64,000 nucleotides of DNA from Octopus sinensis (GCF_006345805.1 NC_043012.1:46376001-46440000); one strand, 5' to 3'. Shown: positions 28,060 through 41,598, counted from the stretch's first letter. Notes: generated by a model not told the origin, from the sequence alone. Translations and numbers: made by a program.

Positions 28060-28275
28060 AAAGCCTGAAATTGGGAGGAGGAGGAGGAGGAGGTGGTGGT
28101 GGTGGTGGTGGAGGAGGAGGAGACTAACTGATTACATCGAACCCCAGCTCTCACCAGGTATTTATTTAACCGACATCGAATGAATATAAGTCAACGTCGA
28201 CCTCAGAATGCAAACAGGCAAAACATGCCACTAAGCATTTTATCCGCTTTGCAAACGATTCAGTCAGCTGACCTA
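28060..28275 (-). mobile_element. tRNA-derived SINE with (GAG)/(GTG)n expansion
   Basis: AAAGCCTGAAATTGGG...GATTACATCGA.CCCAG...GTCGACCTC...CTAAGCATTT; family of 8055 and 48357. Confidence 0.7.
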
Positions 28276-28574
28276 CTTTGTGTATATTAATAATACGGAA
28301 GGTGTTAATCAATTACATCAACCCCACTGCTCAACTAGGACTTATTCCATCGATCCTGAAATCCAAAAAAAATGTAAAGACTGCCGAAATTCTGTTTACT
28401 GTTTTCTCCGGCGAGCTAACGATTCTGTGTATATCAATGACAATAATAATATTCAAACACACGCACACACGCACAAACACACACACGCGCACACGCATAC
28501 ACACACATACACACAAACACGCACGCGTACCCATATACACGCACACACAAATATTGATATTTTCAAATGAAGAA

Positions 28575-28785
28575 TGCGGCGAGCTGGCAGGCTCATTGGC
28601 ACGCCGGGTGGAATGATTAATGGCATTTCGTCTTTGCGTTCTAAGTTTAAATTCCGCCAGGGTTGACTTTGCCTTTCATCCTTCAAGAGTCGATAGAATA
28701 AGTACCTGTTGAACGTTGGGGTCGATTTAATTGACTTAGCATATTTCCCAAACATGTCGCTCTTGTGCCGAAATTTGAAACTGAT
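28575..28785 (+). mobile_element. tRNA-derived SINE
   Basis: GCGGCGAGCTGGCAG...GTTCTAAGTTTAAATTCCGCC...GACTTTGCCTTTCATCC...GGGGTCGATTTAATTGAC. Confidence 0.8.
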
Positions 28786-29123
28786 GTTACATCAACCGTG
28801 CTATTTTATATTTTTGCTACGCACGAGAGCATCGTTCGTATGTTTGACCGGCACATGTTTGAAAATAGCGGCAATTACTCTCTTTTACTCTTTTAATTGT
28901 TTTAGTCATTTGACTGCGGCCATGCTGGAGCACCACCTTTAATCGAGCAACTCGATCCCGGGAGTTATTCTTTTGTAAGCCCAGTACTTATTCTATCGGT
29001 CTCTTTTGCCGAACCGTTAAGTAACGGGGACATAAACACACCAGCATCGGTTGTCAAGCAATGCTAGGGGGACAAACACAGACACACACACACACGCATA
29101 TGTGTACAGTTTCATATATATAT

Positions 29124-29768
29124 ACGTTTTTGATTTTCACTCTCGATAAATTCATCCCCTTTTTGTGTTCCCAGCACTCGGCATCTTTATTTAGGAGCCC
29201 TTAATTGTATAACTACATGAATAATATTTTTCTATATGAATAATATTTTTGTCTTATGACTAATTCGTCTTTTGTGCTGGGCACCTGGTAGTAAATAATA
29301 TTACTACCCTTCTTGTTTATATTCGCATATCACATGATGGATTTATTCGTAAAATTCTTCCCGGCATGCCCGTGTAAATTTTGCGTCTGCGCAGAGATTT
29401 GAAAAGTTAAGATCTGCTAGTAGTCGGGTTCAACACATAGTCCCACATCGCTGCAGACCTCGATTAAATTTAGGCGACTCGCTGATGAAGCTGGCCTTAG
29501 CAAACATATTCTGTGTTTTGCTAGAAAGAAGCAGAAACCGCGGTACGAGTTGTTAAAGTTATCGGTAAACGTTTTTGATTTTCACTCTCGATAAATTCAT
29601 CCCCTTTTTGTGTTCCCAGCACTCGGCATCTTTATTTAGGAGCCCTTAATTGTATAACTACATGAATAATATTTTTCTATATGAATAATATTTTTGTCTT
29701 ATGACTAATTCGTCTTTTGTGCTGGGCACCTGGTAGTAAATAATATTACTACCCTTCTTGTTTATATT

Positions 29769-29775
<7 letters not shown>
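29124..29775 (+). mobile_element. A-B-A partial tandem (207-bp direct repeats, 445-bp period) with a hammerhead in B
   Basis: 29124-29330 and 29569-29775 appear identical; no TG...CA termini; flanked by (TA)n. Confidence 0.88.
29473..29554 (+). ncRNA. Type-I hammerhead ribozyme with long stem II
   Basis: Stem I GGCGACTCG/CGAGTTGTT; CTGATGA (29482-88); stem II A.GCT...AGC.A (A-A mismatch at the closing pair) with inner TAGCAAACA/TGTTTTGCTA helix; GAAA (29534-37); palindrome ACCGCGGT; GUA triplet (A29545). Confidence 0.7.
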
Positions 29776-29823
<48 letters not shown>

Positions 29824-31081
29824 GACGGGCTTCTTTCAGTTTCCGTCTACCAAATCCACTCACAAGGCTTTGGTCAGCCCGAGGCTATAGTAGAGGACAC
29901 TTGCCCAAGGTGCCACGCAGTGGGACTGAACCCACAACCATGTGGTTAGTAAACAAGCTACTTACCACACAACCACTCCTGCTTGTAATTATTATTCAAT
30001 TTAGGCGTTTTACTATATAGATATTTCAAATTTCATTTTGAGAATTACATCGGAGGTTATGTATATCTTCCAAGCATATGTTCGTTTGAAACTATCGTCC
30101 AACAAAAATATGTCTAAACTCTATATAAAATTTCCTGGAGTAATTTCCGTGCAAATATGCTGAGTCCTCCGCATTCATTTTATCTGTGCGTGTGTCTGTG
30201 TGCATTTATTTTATATGTGTATACAAATATTTGTAATTAAGTGTGTGTGTGTGTCTTTGTGTGTGAGTGTGTGCGTGTGTCTAGCACTGACAATCTGTAC
30301 AGTTTCATTCAGCGATATTTCATTCAAAAAGCTATAGCCGAAACGTCTTATATAAATTGCCGCGCTGTGCTGCAACGCGAAACTTTTGGTTGTGACGTGA
30401 ACATTCTAAAACACAACCAAATGTGGGTACGTGAGGATCAGGAACCCCACCCGAATTAATATGACTAGTTCAAGGAGAGACCATCAGGATTAAAGTAGTG
30501 TGGTAAAAAAAAATCTAATTAAAATGAAGAGTAGTTATGGTTATGTGCAGTTAGCTTAATGTTAATAAGCACATGGATTTCCTACAACTATTTCGTTCTT
30601 TTTTCTTTTTGCCTCTTCTACAAATCATAGCACTCTCATTAAGTTCGTGTATGATAATTACAGATGCCTGTTCATTTACGATAAATTTTCACCATAAATA
30701 TAGCAAGTTCTCTGTCGCTCATTATCTGTATGAGTGTGTATGTGTGTGAATGTGTATGTGTATGTGTGTGTGCGTGGGCTTGTGTGTGTGTGTGTGTGTG
30801 TGTGTGTGATATAAATATACGAAAAACCAAATCATGCTGGATGTCGACATCTGACAATCAAACATCAGATAAAATTAATTTTTCAAGTTAAATTACAAAA
30901 ACATGGATAAATTGCAAATTGTCTACCATTCATACTTTTATTAAATTTACTTTTATAGTCGTTGTACGAATACTTTCCGTAGGATGAACTATGTTTCTTT
31001 AGTTTTTGCTGCTCCGTTCACTTCAGCACAAAAATATAACTGTATATAGTTACTTACAAAATGATATGCCATATCATTCAT

Positions 31082-31320
31082 GAGGGCGCATAACCAAGTG
31101 GGTAATGTGTTCCTATTTGTGATGCCATGTGTTGAGAAAAATGCTTCATTGCAAGTTGCTCTAAAATGATTGTGACCCCTGACGTGTGTGGCACACCGTG
31201 CCGCTGTTCAGAAAACGTCGGTTTAACTGAGGGAGTAGACTAATAGACAGCACATATATTTGATTACTATAAACAAATTATTTGTGCAGGTCGCTCAGCA
31301 ACGAATTGTAAAACCGTTTT
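31082..31320 (+). mobile_element. Diverged SINE-like repeat
   Basis: tRNA-like start GGGCGCATAACCAAGTGGGTAATGTG, then a CORE-like TGTTGAGAAAAATGCTTC segment. Family recalled, not verified. Confidence 0.4.
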
Positions 31321-32318
31321 CTTTCTTTTTTTTTCTGACTACATGAAACTACCGTTATGACTAACATTGACAAATAATCTTGTAACCATGCATTGAAGGT
31401 ATATGTTCCAAATATCAGATATAAAACATAGTTTGTACATCTATAGCACGGCTAACTATTTGGTTATCAACAGTGATTATATAGTTTTATTTGCAATAAA
31501 TATTTTGTAACCAATGATCGATCAACGAATAAATAATTTCTACCGAACTTCAACATATATAATGTACGAGAGCCTTAATTCGACGATAGTGAAAGCCTTT
31601 TAATAACCATTAAAAAAATATCATTTACTTAACATAATGAAGATACATAGTTAAAATATCCTAGTTTACGTTTAATTAGTTTACTAGCAGCAATTTTCTG
31701 ATAGGGGATGTAACAAATTGTGTTTTTTAAAACATAAATTATTTACATTTTGCTGTTAAATAAAGGAGAATGTTTCTAGACCAGGATGGTTTTAAAATTT
31801 GATTACTATTGTGTGCTTGGATGCCAAATTTTGATATGCAGACGCATAAAAGCATATTTGATCACACACACGCACACATTCACTCACACACACACGCACA
31901 TACTCACACATGTTTATGTAGACACACAAACACAAATATATATGTATACATGTATATATATGCATATATATGTGTATATATGTATTTGTATATATGTATA
32001 TGTATGTATATATATACATATATATGTGCATATGTATATGTATATATATGTATGTATATGTGTGTGAGTGGGTGCGTGTGTGTGTATGTATATACTTTAT
32101 TATTAAAGCTGCAAAAACATCACAAAAATATCACAAAATCTAATACTCAGCACTCTGAGCAGCAGTTCTTTATGATATTTTTCTGATGTTTTTTTGCAGC
32201 TTTCATAATAAAGCATGTTACTCTATCTCCGGTATTCGAGTACTATCTTTTCTCCCCTTGTTTCACATTTATGTGCTTACTTTGGTATATATGTATATAT
32301 GCATATATATATATATAT

Positions 32319-32363
<45 letters not shown>

Positions 32364-33987
32364 AATATGTATATATGTATATATATATATATATGTATAT
32401 ATAATATATATATATATGAAATTATCTATCTATCTCTCTATCTCACTCTCTCCTCCTCTCTGTCACACACACATACATATTGATGCATATACGCATAGAG
32501 ATATATGTCTATATACGAATATAAATATAGTCATAAATACATATATACACATATCTATATACATATATAATCATACATAATTATACATGTATATATGTTT
32601 CAGTCTGTACTCGTGCTAATGCGCGTGTTTGTGTGTATACATTATCTAAAATGAAATATTAATTGATTCGATCCTGAATCACCTTCGGTGAGACGTATGC
32701 TATTCACTTCAACAGTGTAAATATGCTATATTGTCCTTGATGCATATATAATGCTGATATGATGATGTGTAAAATGAGGTTGGATGCATAATGGAAGGAG
32801 AACGTAGTATGAATATAAAAGATAAAGGAATAAAACGTACGGATAATATCTCTAATAACTGTAAGGACACCAAATCCATCAATATCATCGACAAATAACA
32901 TATGCATCACTAATTTTAGGCGAGTATAATAACCTTGAAGTAAATGCCGGCGATGATTCTCTATCGAAATGTTAAATTCCATAAGCAAAATTGTTAGTGG
33001 AAACAAACAGTCTAAAACCACACTTTGAAACGATAAACAAAACAACACAAATAATAAATATAATTGAAAAAAATAACCAAACAAATAAACATCGAGCTTG
33101 TTTCGGTTTTACTTTTGTGGCACATGAAGAAAGAAAGCTATAGAACTCAGTTCCAATGTATAGCATGATGTGCATGTTGATGGAGATATGATCTAAATGT
33201 GTTTCATAATGGGATATTTGTTTATGCATTATTCATAATGACTCCCAAAATAAAAGCTTTTCCTAGAAACAACTCTATAGCACAATGTCGTATAATCGTA
33301 TTAACTAGTTTATTTCGCCAATCGCTAGTAGGTTTTAATGACAAGATATAGTTTTTATCACCTAATTATCTTTCTTGGACAAAAAGATTTAATCAAATAA
33401 CTTTCCATGCTAGCTAATATAGATGTTAATCTCACCGTGTTTTGATATTTATTTTACGTTCTTATCGGCTGTTACGAACATAATTCAGAAAGAAGAAAAC
33501 AAACCAGAACATTAAAAGTTCTGCCTCACATAAATTTTACTGAAATATATATTTTTAATGATGATATTCCGGAAAATAATACGTACTTAAGAAAAGTTGA
33601 AGTATAAACGTACGTAAGGTACCTATATGGTTCAGCATTTATATATAATATACATATAGTATATATATATATATATATATATAAGTATATCATTGTATGT
33701 ATGTGAGTATATACGTACGCGCATACATGCGTATATATATATATATATATACGACACAGGCTGCAGAGACGTAATGTCGTTACACATGGAAATTTGGTGT
33801 TTCGGTCTAATAGATTCAGCTGCGTATTTCTGTATTCTTTACCACAAGCACACGCGCGCGCTACACACACAAAGTCGCGAGCATATACACTCGTGTATAT
33901 ACATGTAAATGTTTGTGTGTAGATAGTTAAATAAATATATATGTACATACACATACACGCACACGCACACACATATATCTATAGATT

Positions 33988-34045
<58 letters not shown>

Positions 34046-34185
34046 GATAAATAGATACATGCATACTTATATATATATACAAATATTGAAGTGAAATCCT
34101 TGAAATACACCACGCCGTCTACAAACTTTTGAACTCTTCGTAAAAACTGTCCCTTTCGTTCTCTCCTTGTTTTTTTTTTCTGTGT

Positions 34186-34222
34186 ATCTTTCTGTCGAAG
34201 AGCGTAGGCTCGAAACGTAAAA
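34186..34222 (+). ncRNA. Degenerate minimal hammerhead (A6U)
   Basis: TTT-CTGTCGA-A-GAGC-GTAG-GCTC-GAAA-CGT-A-AAA; same stem II and III layout as the 44-kb units. Confidence 0.45.
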
Positions 34223-34366
34223 AACTTTTTCTATTCCTGAGCGCTATACTAATACATTTGTTTGTTTGTACTCCACCTGCCTTCGTCTTTTGTTTATTTT
34301 CGTAAACGTTCCCCCCCCGCACATATATATACATACACACACATATATATGTGTACGTATATATTA

Positions 34367-34408
<42 letters not shown>

Positions 34409-35184
34409 TTACATATACGTGGTACAGGCAAAGTTAATTAACAAGTCAAAACTAATGACAAAGGATCGTGCTATTTACTATGCTTGTGAAATATATGATT
34501 TATCTCCTTCCAGCAGTTCGTTTTATATCTTTGGAAATATGGCTGATATTAGGCTAGGATTACACTATATACTGTAGATATTTACGAACAAACATTTATG
34601 TTTGAAGATACAAACATGTTCTTTACGGATATATATGACTGTGTTGTAGTGAGGGGATAACTGTAGAACATGTGGTACTCCGAATAGAACAAAAGAAGTG
34701 AATTATTTCACGCTGCCTTCAACTTCACAACCATGAAAACTTTTATAACTTTATGGAAATATTTATTAATGGTATTTTCGTTTGATTGGACACTTGACGA
34801 GAAATCTGGTGTCATTTCCTTTTAGATATTTTCTGCTTCTATTGTGCAGTACATGGGTCTTTACTCTGGAAAATATAAAAGTTAAATTTGATTAATTTTG
34901 GACTAAACTCCTTATAATTTCGAAGCGGTTAAATTATACGTTAATAATGCATAGACTCAAAGAAATTCGTTGCCCACGAAAAAAATCTTCAAATGAGACT
35001 CTATATTGAAACTAGGTCAAGTTAATCTGAATAGTAATTAAGTCTTTTTTGTGACGTTTTGCTACAAAATTTATCTTCAGCAGTCTTTCAGTCACTTATA
35101 ACCACATGGAACTTAGGTTATAATCTGATCGAATATTTTCAGAGTCAAATTTCTGATACTTCCACGGTTACGATGATAAGTGTT

Positions 35185-35400
35185 CCTCTTGAGCTGATCA
35201 ACCGAACGGCCTGCACGTAAAATTAACGTAGAAGTGGTTGAGGACTCCACAGGCACGCGTACTTTTTACATAGTTTTCAAAGAGCTGAACAAACTGAAGC
35301 AATGCAAAATGTAGTGTCTCGCTCAAGGACACGTCGTGACACTTCGAATCGAATTCTCGAATATTCTAATCACGAAACGACGTGCGCTCACAAACTCAAA
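35185..35400 (-). mobile_element. Diverged SINE
   Basis: Plus strand GTGTCTCGCTCAAGGACAC is the reverse complement of a CORE-like motif, followed by a reversed B-box-like TTCGAATCGAA. Confidence 0.55.
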
Positions 35401-35712
35401 ATATACATTTATTCATAGAGTAGCTGAAAGAAATAAACATAATTTCGCATTTGAAAATACAGTAAATGTAGAACACTGAAAACTTAGATAAAAATGCTTT
35501 ATTTCCAAGATTAGTTTCTTCTTAAAAACAAAACTTTATGTAGATATGTACGTGATTTTACAATGATGCAAATATGATATATTTAAAGAACGTATTCCGA
35601 ATGGTCATTGAAGTCCTCATTGTTCAGAAATCGTAAAAGAGTATCAGCTTTTTAAACATCCACTGATAAATATAATAGATAAATTTAAAATCCTATTAAA
35701 ATTCCTATATCT

Positions 35713-35888
35713 AAAACCGTTAGATTCACTTCAACATTTAAATTTAATCTGTCAACATATGTTCGTCGCTTTGAGACCGTGACCTATCCACTGACAAAAC
35801 TTCGTACTGCATAACAGGTCGCGGTCTCAAAGCGAAGAAAATATTTTGACAAATTAAATTTAAATGTTGAAGTGAATCTAACGGTTTT
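35713..35888. repeat. Foldback with 73-bp imperfect arms and a 30-nt loop (MITE-like)
   Basis: 35713-35785 is the reverse complement of 35816-35888, with a few mismatches. Confidence 0.85.
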
Positions 35889-37608
35889 GTGTGTTTCTTA
35901 AATGGCTTATAAGCACCTTCCACGCTGCAATTGTTTTCGTTCCAGCACATGAACTCAGATCAAGTCACCCGCTATGCAAGTACATCTCCGTAATATTAAA
36001 ATATTATCATAGCAAATTAATATCCAGGGAAATATTAAAATTCAGTTCATTCTTAAACATTTAATTATTTATCAACTCAATGCATTTCAGTTTCTAGTAA
36101 ATTTTTTACGTTATATAAATTAAATATGTCGACACAAATTTAGAGGCTATTTTTCAAAACACCAAAAGCTATGAAGTTACTTTTTTTACTTTAAAGAAAT
36201 ACTGTGCAATTCATTGATAAGTATTGTAGAAAAATATATTGGGAATTTGTTAAAAATTTGTAAACATTTGCATATTTTAATCAGCTACCAATTTTTTCAA
36301 ATAATGGCTGAATTTAGAAACATAGTGTATGTATGTATACAGAATATCGATATATTCATAATTTATTCTGCTTGATGACTTCTTTGTATTCCACAAATGT
36401 CTCAATGCGGCGCACTCAATACATGTTACAGTGGAACAAAACGGTTTTTATCTTTTACAAGAAGAGACACAGGACAGATAAAAGCTGTTATGTGTCCAGG
36501 GTGAAATTTTGATGCGTGTAATAATTCATAGAACTGAAGTTCACGGGATACATTACGGAATGCATTAGTGTAATGCGAAATTGAAAATCGGTTAATAAAT
36601 AGAAGATTGAAACGTAAAACAGCTAATGAACAAACGACAATTCACGCTGATGTCAATGCATCTACCAGTATACATATGTGGTATTTTCTTTGTAGATGTT
36701 TTCATGAAGAAAGGTGGCAAACAAAGGAATGGAGAAAAATAGTACCAATGTAAATATGGGAACATGCAATGCACCAGAAAGGAACTAAATAAAATGATGA
36801 TTAAATATATGTATGAACTTGTCCTTGCATCAGTGTAGGTGTATGAGACTGTGCGTGGTGTATGAGCCGCTGTAACGAGTAAATTCGAGATCTACGAGGC
36901 TTGAGCTTTGAACAATTGTTATTGCTAATATTGAGTACGATATTCCTCTGGTACGAACATTCACCATCGAACATTTCATATGTATATGAGTGTGAGTATA
37001 CACATGCATATTTGCATGTATACATGCATACATATTTTTCGAAATATACACACAAACTTAAACATATACACTCACACTCACACACACACAAACATACACA
37101 TATATTATCACTTAAACGGGGATGTTCTGTTAGAAGAATCTTTACTGCGGTAGAAACCGCGAGGGAAATACATAAAGGCTTTTGGTGCATTATGCATGCT
37201 TGTTTATAGCGCTAACTAGAGATAACTGCCCACCAACGTAAGCACCGCGAACGCCAACACACGTGATGTTGACAACACACGTGATGTTGATGGATGCTCG
37301 ACTGCTAGAGACAGCCACAACTCATCTCCTCGTAAGCAATATGTAGAAAATTAGTGCCCGAAGAGGCATTGGTGTCAACGTTAGTTAGTTAGCCTTTTAA
37401 CAGATAGATATTAGCGATAGAGGCCATATTAATACCGGGAGTTAATATTTATTCTCACTCAAACATGGATGTTCTGTTAGAACAAACTTTACTCCAGGAG
37501 ATACCAGGAGAGAGACACTCATAGAGGTCTTTGGTGCAAAATGCACGTTTGTTTATATCGCTAGCGGGTAACATACTCGCACCAACTCCAGTGCCGAGAC
37601 ACAAAACC

Positions 37609-37709
37609 ATGTGATTTCGACTTTCCTTGGTCTTATTGGTGATGGACATGCAATCGCTAGAGATAGCAACGTCCATCACCGATAAGACCAAGGGAGGTAG
37701 AAATCACGT
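37609..37709. repeat. Hairpin with 39-bp arms within a dispersed repeat family
   Basis: ATGTGATTTCGACTTTCCTTGGTCTTATTGGTGATGGAC / GTCCATCACCGATAAGACCAAGGGAGGTAGAAATCACGT. Related segments at ~37118-37230, 37466-37560, 49270-49445 and 49920-50040 share GCTAGAGATAGCA-like motifs. Confidence 0.7.
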
Positions 37710-37739
37710 GATCTGGATTCGAGGGGGAAGTCAGTATAA

Positions 37740-38366
37740 TACTTTTTTTCAAACCAATGAAAAGGTTTGTTTTATTTCTTTCAGCTACTCGATGAATGAA
37801 TTTTCCTGGTTGTGGGTGTCGGATTTGTTGTATGCTGTTAGTTTGTTTGTGAAACTCGTTTGACCTATGTAGTCTCCACCACATTCACCACATTTGATAA
37901 CTGATTTTTTAATGGAGACTATTTGACTTGACGTCAATTCATATGTTGAGGTTTCTATGAGATTGATGGCGGTCCCGCAGTTAGGGCGGTTCACTTTTCC
38001 ATGTATTATTTTTGATAATAGAGCATTATGTGTATCATTTTAGATAAATGTGTAAATACAAGTTGAAGACTAGTGGAGTTGTATTTCTGGTGGATAATTT
38101 GGCGCTGGTACGTTACCCGTTTAGGGATTTGAGCTGTCTTTTACTTTCAACAATTTTATGTGCTTCGAGTGATTGTTTTCATTCGCATGTCGTTCAGCAG
38201 GAGGGGTATATTCTGATGGATGACATTGTATGCTTCCATGTTTCTTGGATTGTGTGTGATATGTAAGACAAAGTCAGGTATTTTCTTGCTTTCCGTATTT
38301 ATTGAATGTCGGTCATTTTTGCGCGCTCTATTCCATTTTTGATTAAACTGAGTATTTTCTTTCTAG

Positions 38367-38401
<35 letters not shown>

Positions 38402-38460
38402 AAGTTCTTGGAGTCATTTATCCCGGGTTTCGAGATTTGATACAATCACTTAAATCAATA
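37740..38460 (-). pseudogene. Penelope-like element remnant (RT thumb region to GIY-YIG endonuclease)
   Basis: IVSNLETRDK*LQELTILLERKY..IKNGIERAK, HITHNPRN, SKRQLKSL, RPNCGTAINLIE and VIKCGECGGDYIGQTS. Interrupted by (TA)n at ~38368-38398. Confidence 0.8.
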
Positions 38461-39169
38461 TCCCGCAAAAATGAATCCAAAATACCAGATTTTCTCCTCT
38501 CTATCAATGCACCGGAAATAGTTTAAGACAATTCCGATTGAATAAGTAAAGTATGTTCATTAAAAAGTACAAATCACAACTAAATATCCTATAATAACAC
38601 ACCAGAAAGAGAAAAAAATGACCGGAGACAACAGAGATAACTCGAAAAGTTTAAGTAACAGGCTTCCTCGGGGATTCGAAGCCCCAATTCTAGATAACTT
38701 TACAATAACATACACACCTGAAACACCAGTTGTTCACGTCATCTTAGACTAAACCAGTGAAATTTTTCTCTCGCCAAAGATGGACTCTTCAGAAAAAGAA
38801 GCAAGTAGTCTCTTCGGAACGGTAGATGACCGTCAGATATAAACAAATTACCGACTCCCTACCACGGAGACAACCTAGCAGAAGGTTGAAATTTGAAAAA
38901 ACAAAAATATTTTGTCCAAAACAGAAAATATTTTTGATAAGAAAAAGTGAAGTCACGAAACATACAACCAATCAGAACTTGTTGCTTGACCGTGATCAAA
39001 AAGAAATAGAGGTCACCAAGACGCCAACGAGCAGAAACGCTAGACCTTGAGAAGACAAAAATATTTTGACCAAAACACCCACGAGAAAAACAAAAAAAAC
39101 GTCATCATATACATAGACACTCACAGAATTATCGGCGTAAATTTGGCAGTTAGCATAAAAAGGAACAGA

Positions 39170-40025
39170 ATACACAGTACCCCATCCAAAAAATATGAAC
39201 TAGAGTATTGATAAGAGAAATAAGTTTATTCACATAAGGCACTCTCACCGTCGGCCACAGCCTCAAGACAATTCCAGAATTGGTGCATGCGTTCCTCACT
39301 CTGCTACTGGGAAGATATTCTCCTTGATCTTGGCGAACAGCTTGGTTTTGGTGCTGTAAACACGCTCCACATATTGTAATTCAATGCATTACAATAAAAA
39401 AATTAGGGAATCAGAAATTAGGCCGATAAACTCATAGAAATTCCCCGACAACCATTTCTAACTCTTTCCAGAGGTATACAAAGGAGCTGAATATTGTTGC
39501 AACGCATATATTTTTCAGCGGTAACTTGCTCCAGCCATGGATTAACCGGTCTCCAGCAGCCTTATATAGCTGCCTGAATTGAGTGTAAGGCATTGTTGAA
39601 GAAGGCAGGGATGAAATCCCTCAAGTGGACACAGTCAAAATACCTGCTGAGACGCTTTATGTTGTCCACAGCTTTCTCGTCTCCGTAACAACTGTCCGTA
39701 TCACACCGTGCAGCCTGTTCAATGTTCGTAGAGCAATGAGCAGAAATTTCGGCATTTTGATGCCTATCGCAGATCATCATTATATAAGTAACACTTTTCC
39801 AATATTTAGATGGTTTCCAGTTAACCTTTTCTCGACTGCAAGTTTTAATATTTATGGTCTCCGTGCCGTTGACTATTCACCAATACATCGAGCCTTTCCT
39901 GAATAAAGGAGGCATACAGAGCGTAGGATGTCCTCCGAATGCCCTCAAAATGTATAACAAATCGGAAGGGAAAGAGATTGTTTTAGATCTGCAAACAGTC
40001 AGATAAGTTGTGCGGTATTCTGTAA
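39170..40025 (-). mobile_element. Degraded, internally deleted maT-like (DD37D-type) mariner element
   Basis: Frameshifted pieces PAFF.QCLTLNSGSYIRLLET..PWLEQV, YTSGKS*KWLSGNFYEF and LFAKIKE...FWNCLEAVADGE match the maT transposase C-terminal half. Ends are approximate. Confidence 0.6.
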
Positions 40026-40188
40026 AGAGTTAGTTTGATTACAGTTGCTCTCTTCAGACTGTAATTCATACAAAGAAGATGCAATGTTTTACACATAGGA
40101 GCGTGCATGTATATAGTTCCTATGTCTGTGTGTGCCTGTGTATATATATGTATATGCGTGTGTTAAAATATATTTTTACATACATATA

Positions 40189-40239
<51 letters not shown>

Positions 40240-41496
40240 AATGTATATGTGTATACACACACACGCACACACACATACATACATTAAGCACAGAGAAAGA
40301 GAGTGAGACAAAGAGAAAGGCAGAGACAGTGAGAGAGAGATGAGACGCATGTATTTCGATATATTTCAATTTTAAGTTAATGATATTCTCGAAATTTAAA
40401 GATTTAATGAAAAAATTATAAAGCAGCAAATACTATCTTTAAGTATATAAACCTCTTCCGAATGATCGCTGATTCGATTAAATGTGACACTTCTGATCGA
40501 TGCAAAGTGAATATTTTATATATATTTGTTTTTATATGCACAAAATTTACAAAATCTGCATATTTAAATGACATCTAATTGAATATGTCATCAGAAATGT
40601 CGAAATATTTCGTTTATATAAACGGAAAACAAAAATACAAAATAAAAACTTAAAATGGAGGAAAAGTATTTGCAAATATGAGAAATGCAATATTACTGTA
40701 AATATATCTTCAGCTGGAAGTCCCGATAAATATTCGTGGGCAAATTTTCAATTTTATCTCCATAAATCAGCCTTAACTTAATAGTTTGTCATCTGAAATG
40801 CATAACCATTTTTTATTCATAATTTTAGTATTACTTTCGTTAGTAACAGAGCGTTACTTCCTTTGGGGAAAAGACGTAACAACGTAATACGTATCTGATG
40901 TTAACGCTATGACTTCAGATAAATGATACTTTCCATGCAGTATCAAAATATCATAGTATTCGATATCGAAAATAGTTCGAGTCATTATAATTAGTTTGAA
41001 AGTAATTAGTTATTATTATTTGCGTTTATTTTGTTTCATTAGTCTATTTTCTCTTAGATCGAATTAAGAAGTAGGTGTTTGCGGGTATTGTACTTATACT
41101 TTAAAAAATTCAAGTTGATTCCGGATAAGTTTTGGCTATTTGGTAATGCATTTTACTTAACATTTACACGCATTTGCATCTAGTGGACATAGAGTCTACT
41201 CAACATAATTAGAAGAGACGTACATCAAATTGGAAAAGATACGTATCTGCATGTGATATTTGACTTAATGTCTGGCAATTTGAAGATGATAGAAGTTGCA
41301 ACATTTGAAAGAATTGGGAAATGAAAGTCGAAAGAATAATATTATATATGTTTCTTAATCAGTTAGCAAACGGGTTTGCATTGGCGTGTTCCCATGAAAA
41401 TTTGCTGACGAGTTATTACGCAGATGTAATTTCTAGCAAACACTTACTGAATATAAAAATTTGATTGAATAATTTAATGGTACTGTAGAAAGAATT

Positions 41497-41598
41497 GCCC
41501 ACGGGTAGCGGTTAAGAGCGCGGGCTACTAACGCGAAGATTTCGAGTTCAATTCCAGGCAGTGACCTTAATAATAATAAAAATATTTATAGGAATGAC

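Larger units (their letters stand above)
28877..29982 (-). mobile_element. Full-length CORE-type tRNA SINE interrupted by a nested insertion
   Basis: Head 29822-29982 (minus strand: GGAGTGGTTGTGTGGTAAG...GGTTCAGTCCC...ACCTTGGGCAAGTG) and tail 28877-29095; 29124-29775 sits in the internal (TA)n. Confidence 0.85.

Noticed and set aside
41497-41566. tRNA gene
   Set aside because: No complete acceptor stem, and it is fused to (TAA)n and a repeat tail; it is a SINE head.
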